Of a DNA stretch of 64,000 bases, positions 38,228-47,400 are shown one piece after another. Under the pieces are notes generated by a model. The model was not told the origin of the DNA. It saw only the letters and a list, made by a program, of their open reading frames with translations, and did not search any database. This DNA is from Bdellovibrionales bacterium (GTDB taxonomy: Bacteria > Bdellovibrionota > Bdellovibrionia > Bdellovibrionales > UBA1609), in the NCBI GenBank assembly GCA_041740515.1, contig JBGSLV010000036.1, positions 4,429 through 68,428 of the forward strand, read 5' to 3'. Position 1 is the stretch's first letter, and every line of letters starts with the position of its first letter. The translations under genes and the position numbers were made by a program.

Positions 38228-38647
38228 ATGAAAGCGAAATCAAACACTAGTTTAACTATTGGCAAAGTTGCAAAGCTGGCCCATGTAAATTTAGAGACAG
38301 TGCGCTTTTATGAAGCTAAAGGTTTAATCGAAAAACCTATTAAAAGCGGCGCATTTAGATATTATAGTTTAGACCACATAAAAAAAATAAAATTTGTAAA
38401 AAAAGCGCAGGCACTGGGATTTACTCTCGCTGAAGCCAAAAGTTTATTGGACTTAAATTTAACGAAGCAAGCTAAGTGTAAAGATGTGTTAACTAAAACC
38501 CAAATTAAGATTTTAGAAATAGAGCAAAAAATTGCAGATTTAAAAAAAATGCAAGCTTCACTTCGAAAACTTTCCAAGTGCTGTGTAGATCAAGAGGTCT
38601 TATTATCTGAATGCCCTATTCTTGACGCTTTTGGAGCCACTATATGA
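38228..38647 (+). CDS. MerR-family metal(loid)-responsive transcriptional regulator
   Basis: HTH TIGKVAKLAHVNLETVRFYEAKGLI, coiled-coil dimerisation helix, and Cys84, Cys118, Cys119 and Cys129 (KCCVDQEVLLSECPILD) in positions analogous to the MerR/ZntR metal ligands. Confidence 0.85.
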   Translation: MKAKSNTSLTIGKVAKLAHVNLETVRFYEAKGLIEKPIKSGAFRYYSLDHIKKIKFVKKAQALGFTLAEAKSLLDLNLTKQAKCKDVLTKTQIKILEIEQKIADLKKMQASLRKLSKCCVDQEVLLSECPILDAFGATI

Positions 38648-39162
38648 CTATCAATATAAAATCGACATTAAGCCATGAATCGACAAATCTGCAGCCTAAG
38701 GCCTTAAAAATTTTATTCTTATGCACTGGGAACTCTTGTCGATCTCAGATGGCCGAGGGATGGGCTAAATATTATTTTCCTAATCAGGAAAATTATTTGT
38801 TTTTTTCCGCAGGGACAACCAAGCACGGCATGAACCAAAGAGCTATTCAAGTTATGCAAGAAGTTGGCGTAGATATCTCTTCCCACTATTCAAAAACTGT
38901 TGAAGATTTAAGAGCAAGTTATACAGATCCTAGGGCTTCCGAACTGTTATTTGATTTAGTTATTACCGTATGTTCTGAGGCTCATGAAAATTGCCCCTAT
39001 ATTCCTGCTCAACATATTCTACACATGGGTTTTGAAGACCCACCAAGACTCACGAAAAATTTAAGTCAAGAAGAAGAGATCTTAGAAGTGTATCGTCGAA
39101 TCCGTGACGAGATTAAACTCGCCGTTAAAAACTTTGATTTTTATAGCTTGGAGTTTAAATGA
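38644..39162 (+). CDS. arsC: arsenate reductase, LMW-PTP/thioredoxin-coupled type
   Basis: CTGNSCRSQMAEGW P-loop plus the downstream Cys pair VCSEAHENCP (C-x6-C, like S. aureus ArsC Cys82/Cys89). ATGA overlap with the merR-like stop. Confidence 0.9.
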   Translation: MTINIKSTLSHESTNLQPKALKILFLCTGNSCRSQMAEGWAKYYFPNQENYLFFSAGTTKHGMNQRAIQVMQEVGVDISSHYSKTVEDLRASYTDPRASELLFDLVITVCSEAHENCPYIPAQHILHMGFEDPPRLTKNLSQEEEILEVYRRIRDEIKLAVKNFDFYSLEFK

Positions 39163-40193
39163 AAAACAATGACTTAAAGATAGGTTTTTTTGAACAGTAC
39201 TTAACTATTTGGGTTGGTGCTTGCATCATTTTAGGATTAATTTTAGGCCAATTTTTTGGACCTATCTTTGAAGATTTAAGTTCTATGACGATTTCCAATG
39301 TAAATCTACCCGTAGCTTTATTGGTTTGGATGATGATCTTTCCCATGATGGTGCAAGTGAATTTCAGCGCCATAAAAGATGTGGGAAAAAATCCTAAAGG
39401 TTTAATTTTAACCCTAGCCATCAATTGGCTCATCAAGCCTTTCACAATGGCTTTGATCGCTTGGATTTTTTTTACAATGGTCTTTGCTTCCTATTTGACG
39501 GATCTACAAATAGAGCAATATATGGCGGGAGCTATTTTATTAGGTGCAGCACCTTGCACCGCTATGGTTTTTGTCTGGTCCTATTTAACCAAAGGTGATC
39601 CCGAATACACGCTGGTGCAAGTAGCCATCAATGATTTAGTTTTGCTCGTGGCTTTTATACCTATCGTTAAATTTCTTTTAGGGGTCACCAATATTGAAAT
39701 TCCATTTGCTACCTTATTTTATTCGGTATTTATCTTTGTTGTTATTCCACTTGTGGCTGGGCTCATCACCAACCGGATTTTAATAAATACCAAAGGGCAA
39801 ACTTGGTTTGAATCTGTGTTTTTACCTCAACTTAAGCCTGTATCTATTTTAGCTCTTCTTAGCACTCTGATTTTACTCTTTGCTTTTCAAGGTGAAACTA
39901 TTTTGTCGTCACCTCTTCATATCTTGATCATTGCCGTTCCACTTACTGTGCAAACCTATTTAATATTTTTTGTCAGCTGGTATTTAGGAAAGAAGTTAAA
40001 GCTCACTCATAAGGTTTTAGCCCCCGCAGCCATGATAGGTGCCAGTAATTTTTTCGAACTGGCCGTAGCTGTGGCTATAGCTTTATTTGGGTTAAATTCT
40101 GGGGCGGCTCTAGCTACAGTCGTAGGTGTATTGATCGAAGTGCCCGTCATGTTATCCCTTGTGAAGCTAGCAAATCGATGGCGTTTTGAATGA
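39159..40193 (+). CDS. acr3: ACR3-family arsenite efflux permease
   Basis: FFEQYLTIWV N-terminus, the conserved GAAPCTAMVFVWS motif and 10 TM helices. ATGA overlap with arsC. Confidence 0.9.
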   Translation: MKNNDLKIGFFEQYLTIWVGACIILGLILGQFFGPIFEDLSSMTISNVNLPVALLVWMMIFPMMVQVNFSAIKDVGKNPKGLILTLAINWLIKPFTMALIAWIFFTMVFASYLTDLQIEQYMAGAILLGAAPCTAMVFVWSYLTKGDPEYTLVQVAINDLVLLVAFIPIVKFLLGVTNIEIPFATLFYSVFIFVVIPLVAGLITNRILINTKGQTWFESVFLPQLKPVSILALLSTLILLFAFQGETILSSPLHILIIAVPLTVQTYLIFFVSWYLGKKLKLTHKVLAPAAMIGASNFFELAVAVAIALFGLNSGAALATVVGVLIEVPVMLSLVKLANRWRFE

Positions 40194-40236
40194 TTCTTTC
40201 TTGACAGCTTAAAGCTGGGCTAAGCACACTTAAGTG

Positions 40237-41097
40237 ATGGGCTTTAAATGCGAGCACAATACCATCTCCCTTCGAAATTTAAGCTGGGCCATTGGTATAA
40301 ATTTAGTTTTATCGATAGTACAGATTCTAGCGGGCCTGCTGTCAGGAAGTTTATCCCTGATTGCGGACGCCATTCATAACCTCAGTGATGCTATCAGTTT
40401 ATTAATAGCTTTTGTTGCCGAAAAAATATCGCATTGGCCTGCCAATCAAGACTTAAATTTTGGCTATGGACGAGCTCAAATTATTGGGGCGTTAATTAAC
40501 AGTTTGTCATTAATCCTAGTGGCTATATATATTATTTACGAAGTCATTTTAAGATTTTTAGAACCTAAACCCATTAATGGATGGTGGGTTATAATCGTGG
40601 CAAGCTTTGCTTTAGTCATTGATTTACTGACTGCCAAATTGACCCATGAGGGCTCAAAACACAACATCAATATGCGAGCGGCTTTTATACATAATGTAAC
40701 CGATGCTTTGGCCTCCATTGTCGTCATTTTTTCTGGCGTGTTGGTGCTACTTTATGACTTTTACATTTTTGATCTACTGGCCAGCCTATTAATTGCTGGA
40801 TATATTTGTTATCAATCGATAGGTTTAATTCAAGATTGTCTTCGACATTTAATGCAAGCTGTTCCTGCTGACATCAATTATCAAGATGTGCAAAAAACAA
40901 TCTTGAATTGTACTGAAATCAAAGAGATCAAAAATTTATACATTTGGTCCATGAATGAAAGCCAAATAGCACTTCAGGCCCATTTAATATTACAAGACCA
41001 CAAGACCATAAATCAAAGTGAGCTGCTTGTAAGGCTTAAAAAAAGCATGTTAGAAAATTACAAAATTCAGATGACTACTTTTGAGCTTTCACCTTAA
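40237..41097 (+). CDS. cation diffusion facilitator (CzcD/ZitB-like) divalent-metal exporter
   Basis: Six TM helices, IADAIHNLSDA and HNVTDALAS motifs, and a C-terminal cytoplasmic domain. A GTG at 40234 is an alternative start. Confidence 0.85.
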   Translation: MGFKCEHNTISLRNLSWAIGINLVLSIVQILAGLLSGSLSLIADAIHNLSDAISLLIAFVAEKISHWPANQDLNFGYGRAQIIGALINSLSLILVAIYIIYEVILRFLEPKPINGWWVIIVASFALVIDLLTAKLTHEGSKHNINMRAAFIHNVTDALASIVVIFSGVLVLLYDFYIFDLLASLLIAGYICYQSIGLIQDCLRHLMQAVPADINYQDVQKTILNCTEIKEIKNLYIWSMNESQIALQAHLILQDHKTINQSELLVRLKKSMLENYKIQMTTFELSP

Positions 41098-41121
41098 GTT
41101 TTGTAAATATCAAAACTAAAC

Positions 41122-41796
41122 TCAAAGTCTAAAATGAAACCCACAAACAACACCAAACTCTTCCAATGTGGCTGGTGTGTCAGAAACGTCAATGAATGAA
41201 GAGGATGTGAAAATTTCCGGTCGAAGTATCAATTGTGGTGTAATCTGATAATCAAAACCAATATGTATACCAAAGTATATTTGGGAAGAAGTAACATCAG
41301 CAACCACATCGGTTTCACGCTCTGTTTTAGCCATAGCAATTCCAGATCCTAAACCAATAAAAGGCGCCCATGTCTGCATCGTTACAGAAGAACCTAATTT
41401 GCTATTTGGAATAACGGGAGGTGGATTATAAAAGTATCTTCGTAAAGTAAAACCTGTAAAACTAACACCTGAAGTAAATGGTCCAAGTCTAAACCCACGA
41501 CGATGCCCTAATGCTAATGAATACTTGGGGGCAATGAAAGTTTCAATACTGAGCCCAAACATTCCTGGTGTCTCTGCTCTGGATAAATCAAAACTTTCAC
41601 CAGCAACTATTACCGTTTTATCGATCCCAGAACCACCATATCCAAACAAGCCACCATAAATAAAATCAGGTTTAAATCTCATGGCCTGAGCTGAATTCAT
41701 AAACCCAACGCTTGCTACAATAATTAAAAAAGATTGAAACCAGAAATTAAGCGGCAACAGATAACCCCTTAGCACTATCTTCCTTTTTAATAGCAT
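41122..41796 (-). CDS. small outer-membrane beta-barrel protein (224 aa)
   Basis: Signal peptide ending NSAQA, Gly/aromatic-rich alternating strands, C-terminus GFHFRL. Overlaps the upstream gene by 50 nt. Confidence 0.6.
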   Translation of the reverse strand: MLLKRKIVLRGYLLPLNFWFQSFLIIVASVGFMNSAQAMRFKPDFIYGGLFGYGGSGIDKTVIVAGESFDLSRAETPGMFGLSIETFIAPKYSLALGHRRGFRLGPFTSGVSFTGFTLRRYFYNPPPVIPNSKLGSSVTMQTWAPFIGLGSGIAMAKTERETDVVADVTSSQIYFGIHIGFDYQITPQLILRPEIFTSSSFIDVSDTPATLEEFGVVCGFHFRL

Positions 41797-43513
41797 CTTC
41801 TAAAGTTAAGACATTACTAAAAACCAGATTCACAAGCTTATTATGCAAAGATAAAATTAAACGCTCTTTTTCATTTTCAGGTAAGTTATCAGCTCGAGAT
41901 AAATCGTCTTCCAATATCTGTTTAGCTCTTGGTGAGATAAGCTCTAACACACTGGGAATCATATTAGGTACAACCCTTAAATAGGCTATTAACTCTTCAT
42001 TGGTCGCTCGCTTAATTAAGATCTCTTGCGTTGTTACTGTCCATTTAGAAAAAAAGCCAATGTGTGGACTTCTGCATTTGTACTCTTCAACCATAGGACC
42101 TTTAATTTTAGGCAACAACTTGCAAGCTTCTGTATACGACATACTGTCTACAAGTTTATTAAGTGTCATAGCTAATGAAATTTCAGACTCGCTGATTTGT
42201 TCCGTGAAATAGGGAGCAATTTGATTTTCAATGTCTTTTAACTTCTGTTGACTGATAGAGCTAAGCTGAGCGGCATTGTTTAAAAGCTCAATTTTTTTAT
42301 CAGGATCAAGTTTAGAAAAATAGTTTTTTCGTAAATTTTCAGGCATGTATAGAGAAACAACTGTTTGGATATCCGTATCGTTCCCTAATAGAACTTGGTT
42401 AACAGTCCCCAGATTCGTGTTACCTAAAAATGAAAACGGCTTGTGCAAAGCGTCTGTGCCTAAATTCAAGGAGGCCACCAAATCCCAATAAACTTTATTT
42501 ACTATATCATAACGTTTATCTAAACTTAAAGCTGACATTTGCGAAAACACATCCCCCATCTTCTTTTTTTCTTCTTTAGGGATAGGCAAACTACCAAGCA
42601 CACTTCCTGAAATTTCAGCAAAACAAGCAATTTGACTTAAACCTATTTCTCCTTGCTCACACCACTGATTGATCAATTGATCCAATTGGGTAATTAACTT
42701 CGGAGCAAGTTCTTTTATTTGTAAAGACAGTTGTGCAATTTTAGTCTCCATGGCTAATTTTTCAGCCACTTGCATTTGATCGTCGGCACCACGGCCCGAC
42801 ATAAAGCCTTCGCCGGCTTTCATTTCTGATTTGCTTTCAATATTAACAGAAGGGGTTTGTGACTCCCCTTTTGCGGCTCCACCACTTAAAATACGCCACA
42901 ATATAATTCCTAGTAATATTGCTAGTGCTAAGATGAGCTGACCTACAAGACCTTGTACTTGAATAATGCGATCAAAAGTTGATGGATTAGAGTTTTCATT
43001 TTGAATAAATTGTACTTGCGACTTTCCTAAACCTTGAAACTCTTCTTGAACTCGGTTTTGCAGCCAAGTCTCGATGGATTTTTTTACGGTATCACCCATG
43101 CTTTGGTGTAATCCAACATTTACACTCACTGACTTAATGGCATACTTTGCTAAAGGGCTGACGCTGCCAGCATCAACGTTGGCATAACGATCAAATAAAG
43201 TGTCTGCATCTAAGTAACCTAAATCTAAATCCGTATAATTTTCATCTTGTCCATTGAAATTTCTTTTCTTTTGGGAATCATCAATAATTTCTAATTCAAA
43301 TCGTGCTCCAACATTAAATTTTTCAAAAGTTATAATTGCAGATAACTCTTGAGTATACCTTTTCACGATCATCTCTTCTAAAGCCGCTTTGACACTGATA
43401 ACGTCCGCACGTCGTAATGGCGAAATAGTTTCTGATGTGTTTTTAGTATTTTGCGCCCAAACACAACTAAAACTAAAATATATTAAAGCTATTAAAAATA
43501 TCTTCAAATTCAT
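41747..43513 (-). CDS. single-pass inner-membrane protein: periplasmic N-domain, TM helix, and a cytoplasmic coiled coil plus FliG/MgtE_N-like C-terminal region
   Basis: Signal MNLKIFLIALIYFSFSCVWA; TM helix LVGQLILALAILLGIILWRIL. The cytoplasmic segments LLGNDTDIQTVVSLYMPENLRKNYFSKLDPDKKIELLNNAAQLSSISQQKLKDIENQI and LISPRAKQILEDDLSRADNLPENEKERLILSLHNKLVNLV read like the FliG middle and C-terminal motifs (compare MSKRAAEMLKEDLE). The domain call is by eye only. Confidence 0.6.
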   Translation of the reverse strand: MNLKIFLIALIYFSFSCVWAQNTKNTSETISPLRRADVISVKAALEEMIVKRYTQELSAIITFEKFNVGARFELEIIDDSQKKRNFNGQDENYTDLDLGYLDADTLFDRYANVDAGSVSPLAKYAIKSVSVNVGLHQSMGDTVKKSIETWLQNRVQEEFQGLGKSQVQFIQNENSNPSTFDRIIQVQGLVGQLILALAILLGIILWRILSGGAAKGESQTPSVNIESKSEMKAGEGFMSGRGADDQMQVAEKLAMETKIAQLSLQIKELAPKLITQLDQLINQWCEQGEIGLSQIACFAEISGSVLGSLPIPKEEKKKMGDVFSQMSALSLDKRYDIVNKVYWDLVASLNLGTDALHKPFSFLGNTNLGTVNQVLLGNDTDIQTVVSLYMPENLRKNYFSKLDPDKKIELLNNAAQLSSISQQKLKDIENQIAPYFTEQISESEISLAMTLNKLVDSMSYTEACKLLPKIKGPMVEEYKCRSPHIGFFSKWTVTTQEILIKRATNEELIAYLRVVPNMIPSVLELISPRAKQILEDDLSRADNLPENEKERLILSLHNKLVNLVFSNVLTLEDAIKKEDSAKGLSVAA

Positions 43514-44232
43514 GGCGATGCCTTTTTTGCACCTGGGTTTGGACTTAGAGAATTTTCTAAAGTGGCTTTTATTTCGTTGGATGACGGTGTTTGAGCTGGC
43601 AGTCGATTAGGTATTCGAAGTGTGTCTCGGACTTTACCAGCCATATCGATAGCTGTTTTAAGCTCAGGGTTTACAGCTAAAGCATTTTCGTACCATTTTA
43701 AACTCTCTTCAAACTCCCCTTTGGCATAATGAATGGCCGCTTTCATACTTAATGCGCGGTCAAACTTGGGAAACACTTCAAGGATTTTGTCTATTTCAAT
43801 TAAGGCTCTTTCTAATTGAGCTGATTTGGCAAACTGTTGTGATAAAAAAAGCTTTTGTAACAAATCTTGGGCTGTCTTGAGTTCATCGGAGCTACTTGTG
43901 GTAGGATCTAACTTTAAAACTAGCTGTGTTCCCAACTGACCACCGGCATTGATAGGAACCCAAATGTCTTTAGCTTTAAAACCGTCTTTACGAATAATTA
44001 TATTTACTAACCCACCTGGATAATTCTGGCCTTTTAAGTGCTCGCTTAAGTCTTTATCAGTTTTAAGCAGTGGGGTTTGCCCCAAATTTTTCTCTTCTTT
44101 AGTTTCAGGATTCACAATATAAACATCTGCAACTTCAGGCTCTGTGATCACTTTAAACGGAACCGTTCCACAACTTGTAAGAAATTGTATTGCAGCCAAC
44201 ACCATAGAAACTTTAAAAACCAACTTACCCAT
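43510..44232 (-). CDS. lipoprotein with PEGA-like domain and TPR repeats
   Basis: Lipobox AAIQFLTSC. PEGA-type strand FKVITEPEVADVYIVNPETKEEKNLGQTPL. C-terminal TPR (ALSMKAAIHYAKGEFEESLKWYENALAVNP). ATGA overlap with the next gene. Confidence 0.7.
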   Translation of the reverse strand: MGKLVFKVSMVLAAIQFLTSCGTVPFKVITEPEVADVYIVNPETKEEKNLGQTPLLKTDKDLSEHLKGQNYPGGLVNIIIRKDGFKAKDIWVPINAGGQLGTQLVLKLDPTTSSSDELKTAQDLLQKLFLSQQFAKSAQLERALIEIDKILEVFPKFDRALSMKAAIHYAKGEFEESLKWYENALAVNPELKTAIDMAGKVRDTLRIPNRLPAQTPSSNEIKATLENSLSPNPGAKKASP

Positions 44233-44317
44233 AATGATCCTTCCATGCTATTTATCGAGAAAACAGTAGGTACTCTTGATGTAGTATCAGGGTTTCTAAA
44301 CTATAGACTTGTTTTAT

Positions 44318-44342
44318 TTTTTAAGATTTTCTTAAGATTTCA
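44318..44342 (-). promoter_or_regulatory. conserved intergenic element, copy A (TTTTTAAGAT-ttt-CTTAAGATTTCA)
   Basis: 22 of 22 nt identical, apart from a 3-nt indel, to copy B at 60830-60851. Lies about 85-110 nt upstream of the PEGA/TPR lipoprotein start. Confidence 0.35.
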
Positions 44343-44462
44343 GATTCTTAAATATGCATTTTTTGTATTGAAAAAATTAAGCCTTAAATTGAAACAAATA
44401 AGACTTAAGTCGTGCAAAAACAATACTTCGTTAAATTTAATATGGCCGATAATTGCATTGAT

Positions 44463-47400
44463 TTAGGGTCCTGATTCCACTAGTATCTGCGAACTTCGAA
44501 TAGTTATTTGACCTTGTGATGGTGAAACTCGTGATACAAATTTTTCATTTATTGGAAGACCCACAATCTCTGGACTTCGATAGTTATTTAAAGTCGCAGG
44601 GTTGATAAAAATTTGTGATCCCGTCACTAAATTTAATCCTAGATTGCCAGAACTTGCACTATGATACATTAAATCCACTGACCCTTGCGATAAACTGTCG
44701 GTATCGGCTGTCACTTGATAATATACTTTAGGATTAGTAAATTGGCTTCGATCAAAAATAGCGCGTTGATAAGTAAGTATGGTTTCAACTCCAATCATGC
44801 GATTTAAAGATCCAATTCTATAAACTAAACTTGTTTTTGATAAATTTCTAAGTTTTACCCAAAGCCCCGCTTTGTGAATTCGGACGGAACCAGTTGAGCA
44901 GTAATATTCACATCGTAAAACTAATCTGTAATTGTGCCCTTCATTGACCCCACGAAATTGTAAAACACCTTCGTTAAATGGAATACTAGTTATTATTACA
45001 CCAGGTCCTGAAAATCGTGTTTCGGTCATAGCTACTAATTGGCTTGTGTTGTTATTGTAAAGCCCTAATATTCCTTCGGCTCCATTTACTGTTGAAATTA
45101 ATGTCTCAAGTTCCCAAGCGTTATACTCAATGATTTTATCTAAACTTAAAGCTCTTCTGGTAAATAGACTAGCTTGGGGGAAATCATGATAGACAGTGTC
45201 TGATGTGCTATAAGCAAAAACATCAGCGTCAACATTGATTGGGGATTCATCAGAGCTTAGCAAAGGATAATAGATTTTTGTCTTAGTAGCATTGACTTGA
45301 TTAACAAGTAATTTCGCCGAGTACACCGACAGCTGCCCATCTGAAGTCGTCTGTTCAAGCTCTAGTCGAAGTTTCTGTGCCCCCGAATTTATAGTTATAG
45401 GGGATTTAAAAACAGTAGGTTCAAAAGTATTTGCTGGAATTGTTATAAAATCCATCATCACATCTGACTCATTAACAATACCTACAGATCTAGCCGTTGT
45501 ATCAAAATTAGTTCCTATAACTTCAAACTCTAACCCTGTAACACCATCGTAGTCGTTAGTGTCAAAAGTTGTTAAAGTTCTATTGAAAGCTATGTTGTTA
45601 GAGCCACTAGATGCAATCGCTAAGTCTGTTAACTCAATAGGAACTTGAAAGCGTAAAGATCCATCTCTAATGATACTGACAGTGTTGGAACTCACCGATC
45701 TGCGACCATTTGCATACACTCCTCTTACGGCATAATAATAAGTCACAGCTGCGACCACATTACTGTCTAATGCTGAAGTTGTTACAGAAGTTTGTACCAC
45801 GCCGTAAGGACCTGAAGAGGATTCGGATCTTAAAACTTCATACTGTGTCACGGATGGGATAACATCCCAATTTAATTCAACAGCTGAGGTACCGTTTACG
45901 GCTGTTAAATTTGTCGGACCACTCACTAACAGGACCGAAACTTGATTGGAATTGTTAGAAATAACGCCTGAACTATTTACCGTTCGAAGTACATAAAAAT
46001 AACTATCCCCAGGAATTACCGTGGTGTCCAAGTACTCTGTGGTAGCTGGAGGTAACGTAGCTATGACACTGTAAGGTCCCCCTGAATTTACGGATCGAAG
46101 CAGTTCATAACTTGCGATGCTAGGAACATTCGGCCAATATAGCTCTACAGAATTTGTTGACTGCGAAGCTAAATTTAATCCAACCGGAGTTTGAGGTCGT
46201 ATTGATACATTCACAGGGTCACTGATCAGCGAGGTTGCCATTTCACTGCCGTTGATCGCTATAGCTTGATACTGATAATAATAGGTCTGAGCTGGTGCAA
46301 TTGAAGCGTCGACATAAGAGGTCGTTGGTAACCCTGAAGCAATGAGTTCAAAATTAACAGCGTTTGTTGAACGATATAAATTATAGGTATTTGCATTTAC
46401 GACACTTGCCCAAGATATTCCAATTGAAGTGGTAGTGTTAAATTGCACATCTGGCTTAGGCGTGCTCATTTCAGACTGGATCATGACTTCATTAGAAGGT
46501 GCACTTTCATTAAAGCCATTCAAAGCTGTAACTCTAAAATAATACGTAGTTCCTGCTACTAAACCACTGACAATAGTCCCTGAAGAGCTTGTAGTGTTCT
46601 GGATCGGGGCCCCGTAAACTCCGGAAGTTGTTGATCGATAAATATTAAAAGAAGTTCGCCCAGAGACATCCGTCCAAGTTAAATTCACATCATTTCCAGA
46701 TCCAGTGTTTTCAGCATGCAATTGCACTGGAGACAGTGGTATACGCCCAGGACTAAAACCAACGCTAATTGGCGAAAGCAATTGCAGTGGAGGATAGTTT
46801 GTCTTAATCCGATAAAAATATACGTTGCCATTGCTTGCAGTATTATCAGTGAAGTTTGTCATTGCATAGTTTGTGCTAATGGCACTAAAGGTTGATCCAT
46901 CCGTTGATCTTTCAATATCATAATCAATAGCCCCTGCCATTGGTGTCCATGACAAAGTCACTTGATTATTACCCGTTATTCCACTGGGGGCTGAAGCTGG
47001 CATAAATGTCCATGCTTGAGCTACTGGTGAAGTTTGAGGAACACCGGCAACAATGGCCACCACTCTGATGTAATATAAACTTTGAGGATTTAAGCCAAAT
47101 ATGGTTGCCGTATTCGTTGCTGTTGTGGTTGCTATTGTATATGGACCTGCAATGTTTAAGGCCCGTTCCACACGATAAGAAGTTGTGGCTGGAACACTTG
47201 GCCAATCTACACGCATGAACGTATCACCAAGAACCGTTAAGCTGATATTAGAGGGAAGGGTGGAAGTAGTTATTTGACCTAACACAACTTGAGATGATTG
47301 ACCCTCGGTTAAATCCGAAAAGCGCGCACGTACTCGGTAATAATAACCCGTGTTCACGTTGACTGCAGTGTCTTGATAAGTTGCCGTAGAGGCAACATCG

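Noticed and set aside
44077-44466. 129-aa plus-strand ORF across the 44.2-44.46 kb intergenic region
   Set aside because: It overlaps the PEGA/TPR lipoprotein start and the conserved cis-element. Basic low-complexity sequence typical of AT-rich non-coding DNA read in frame.
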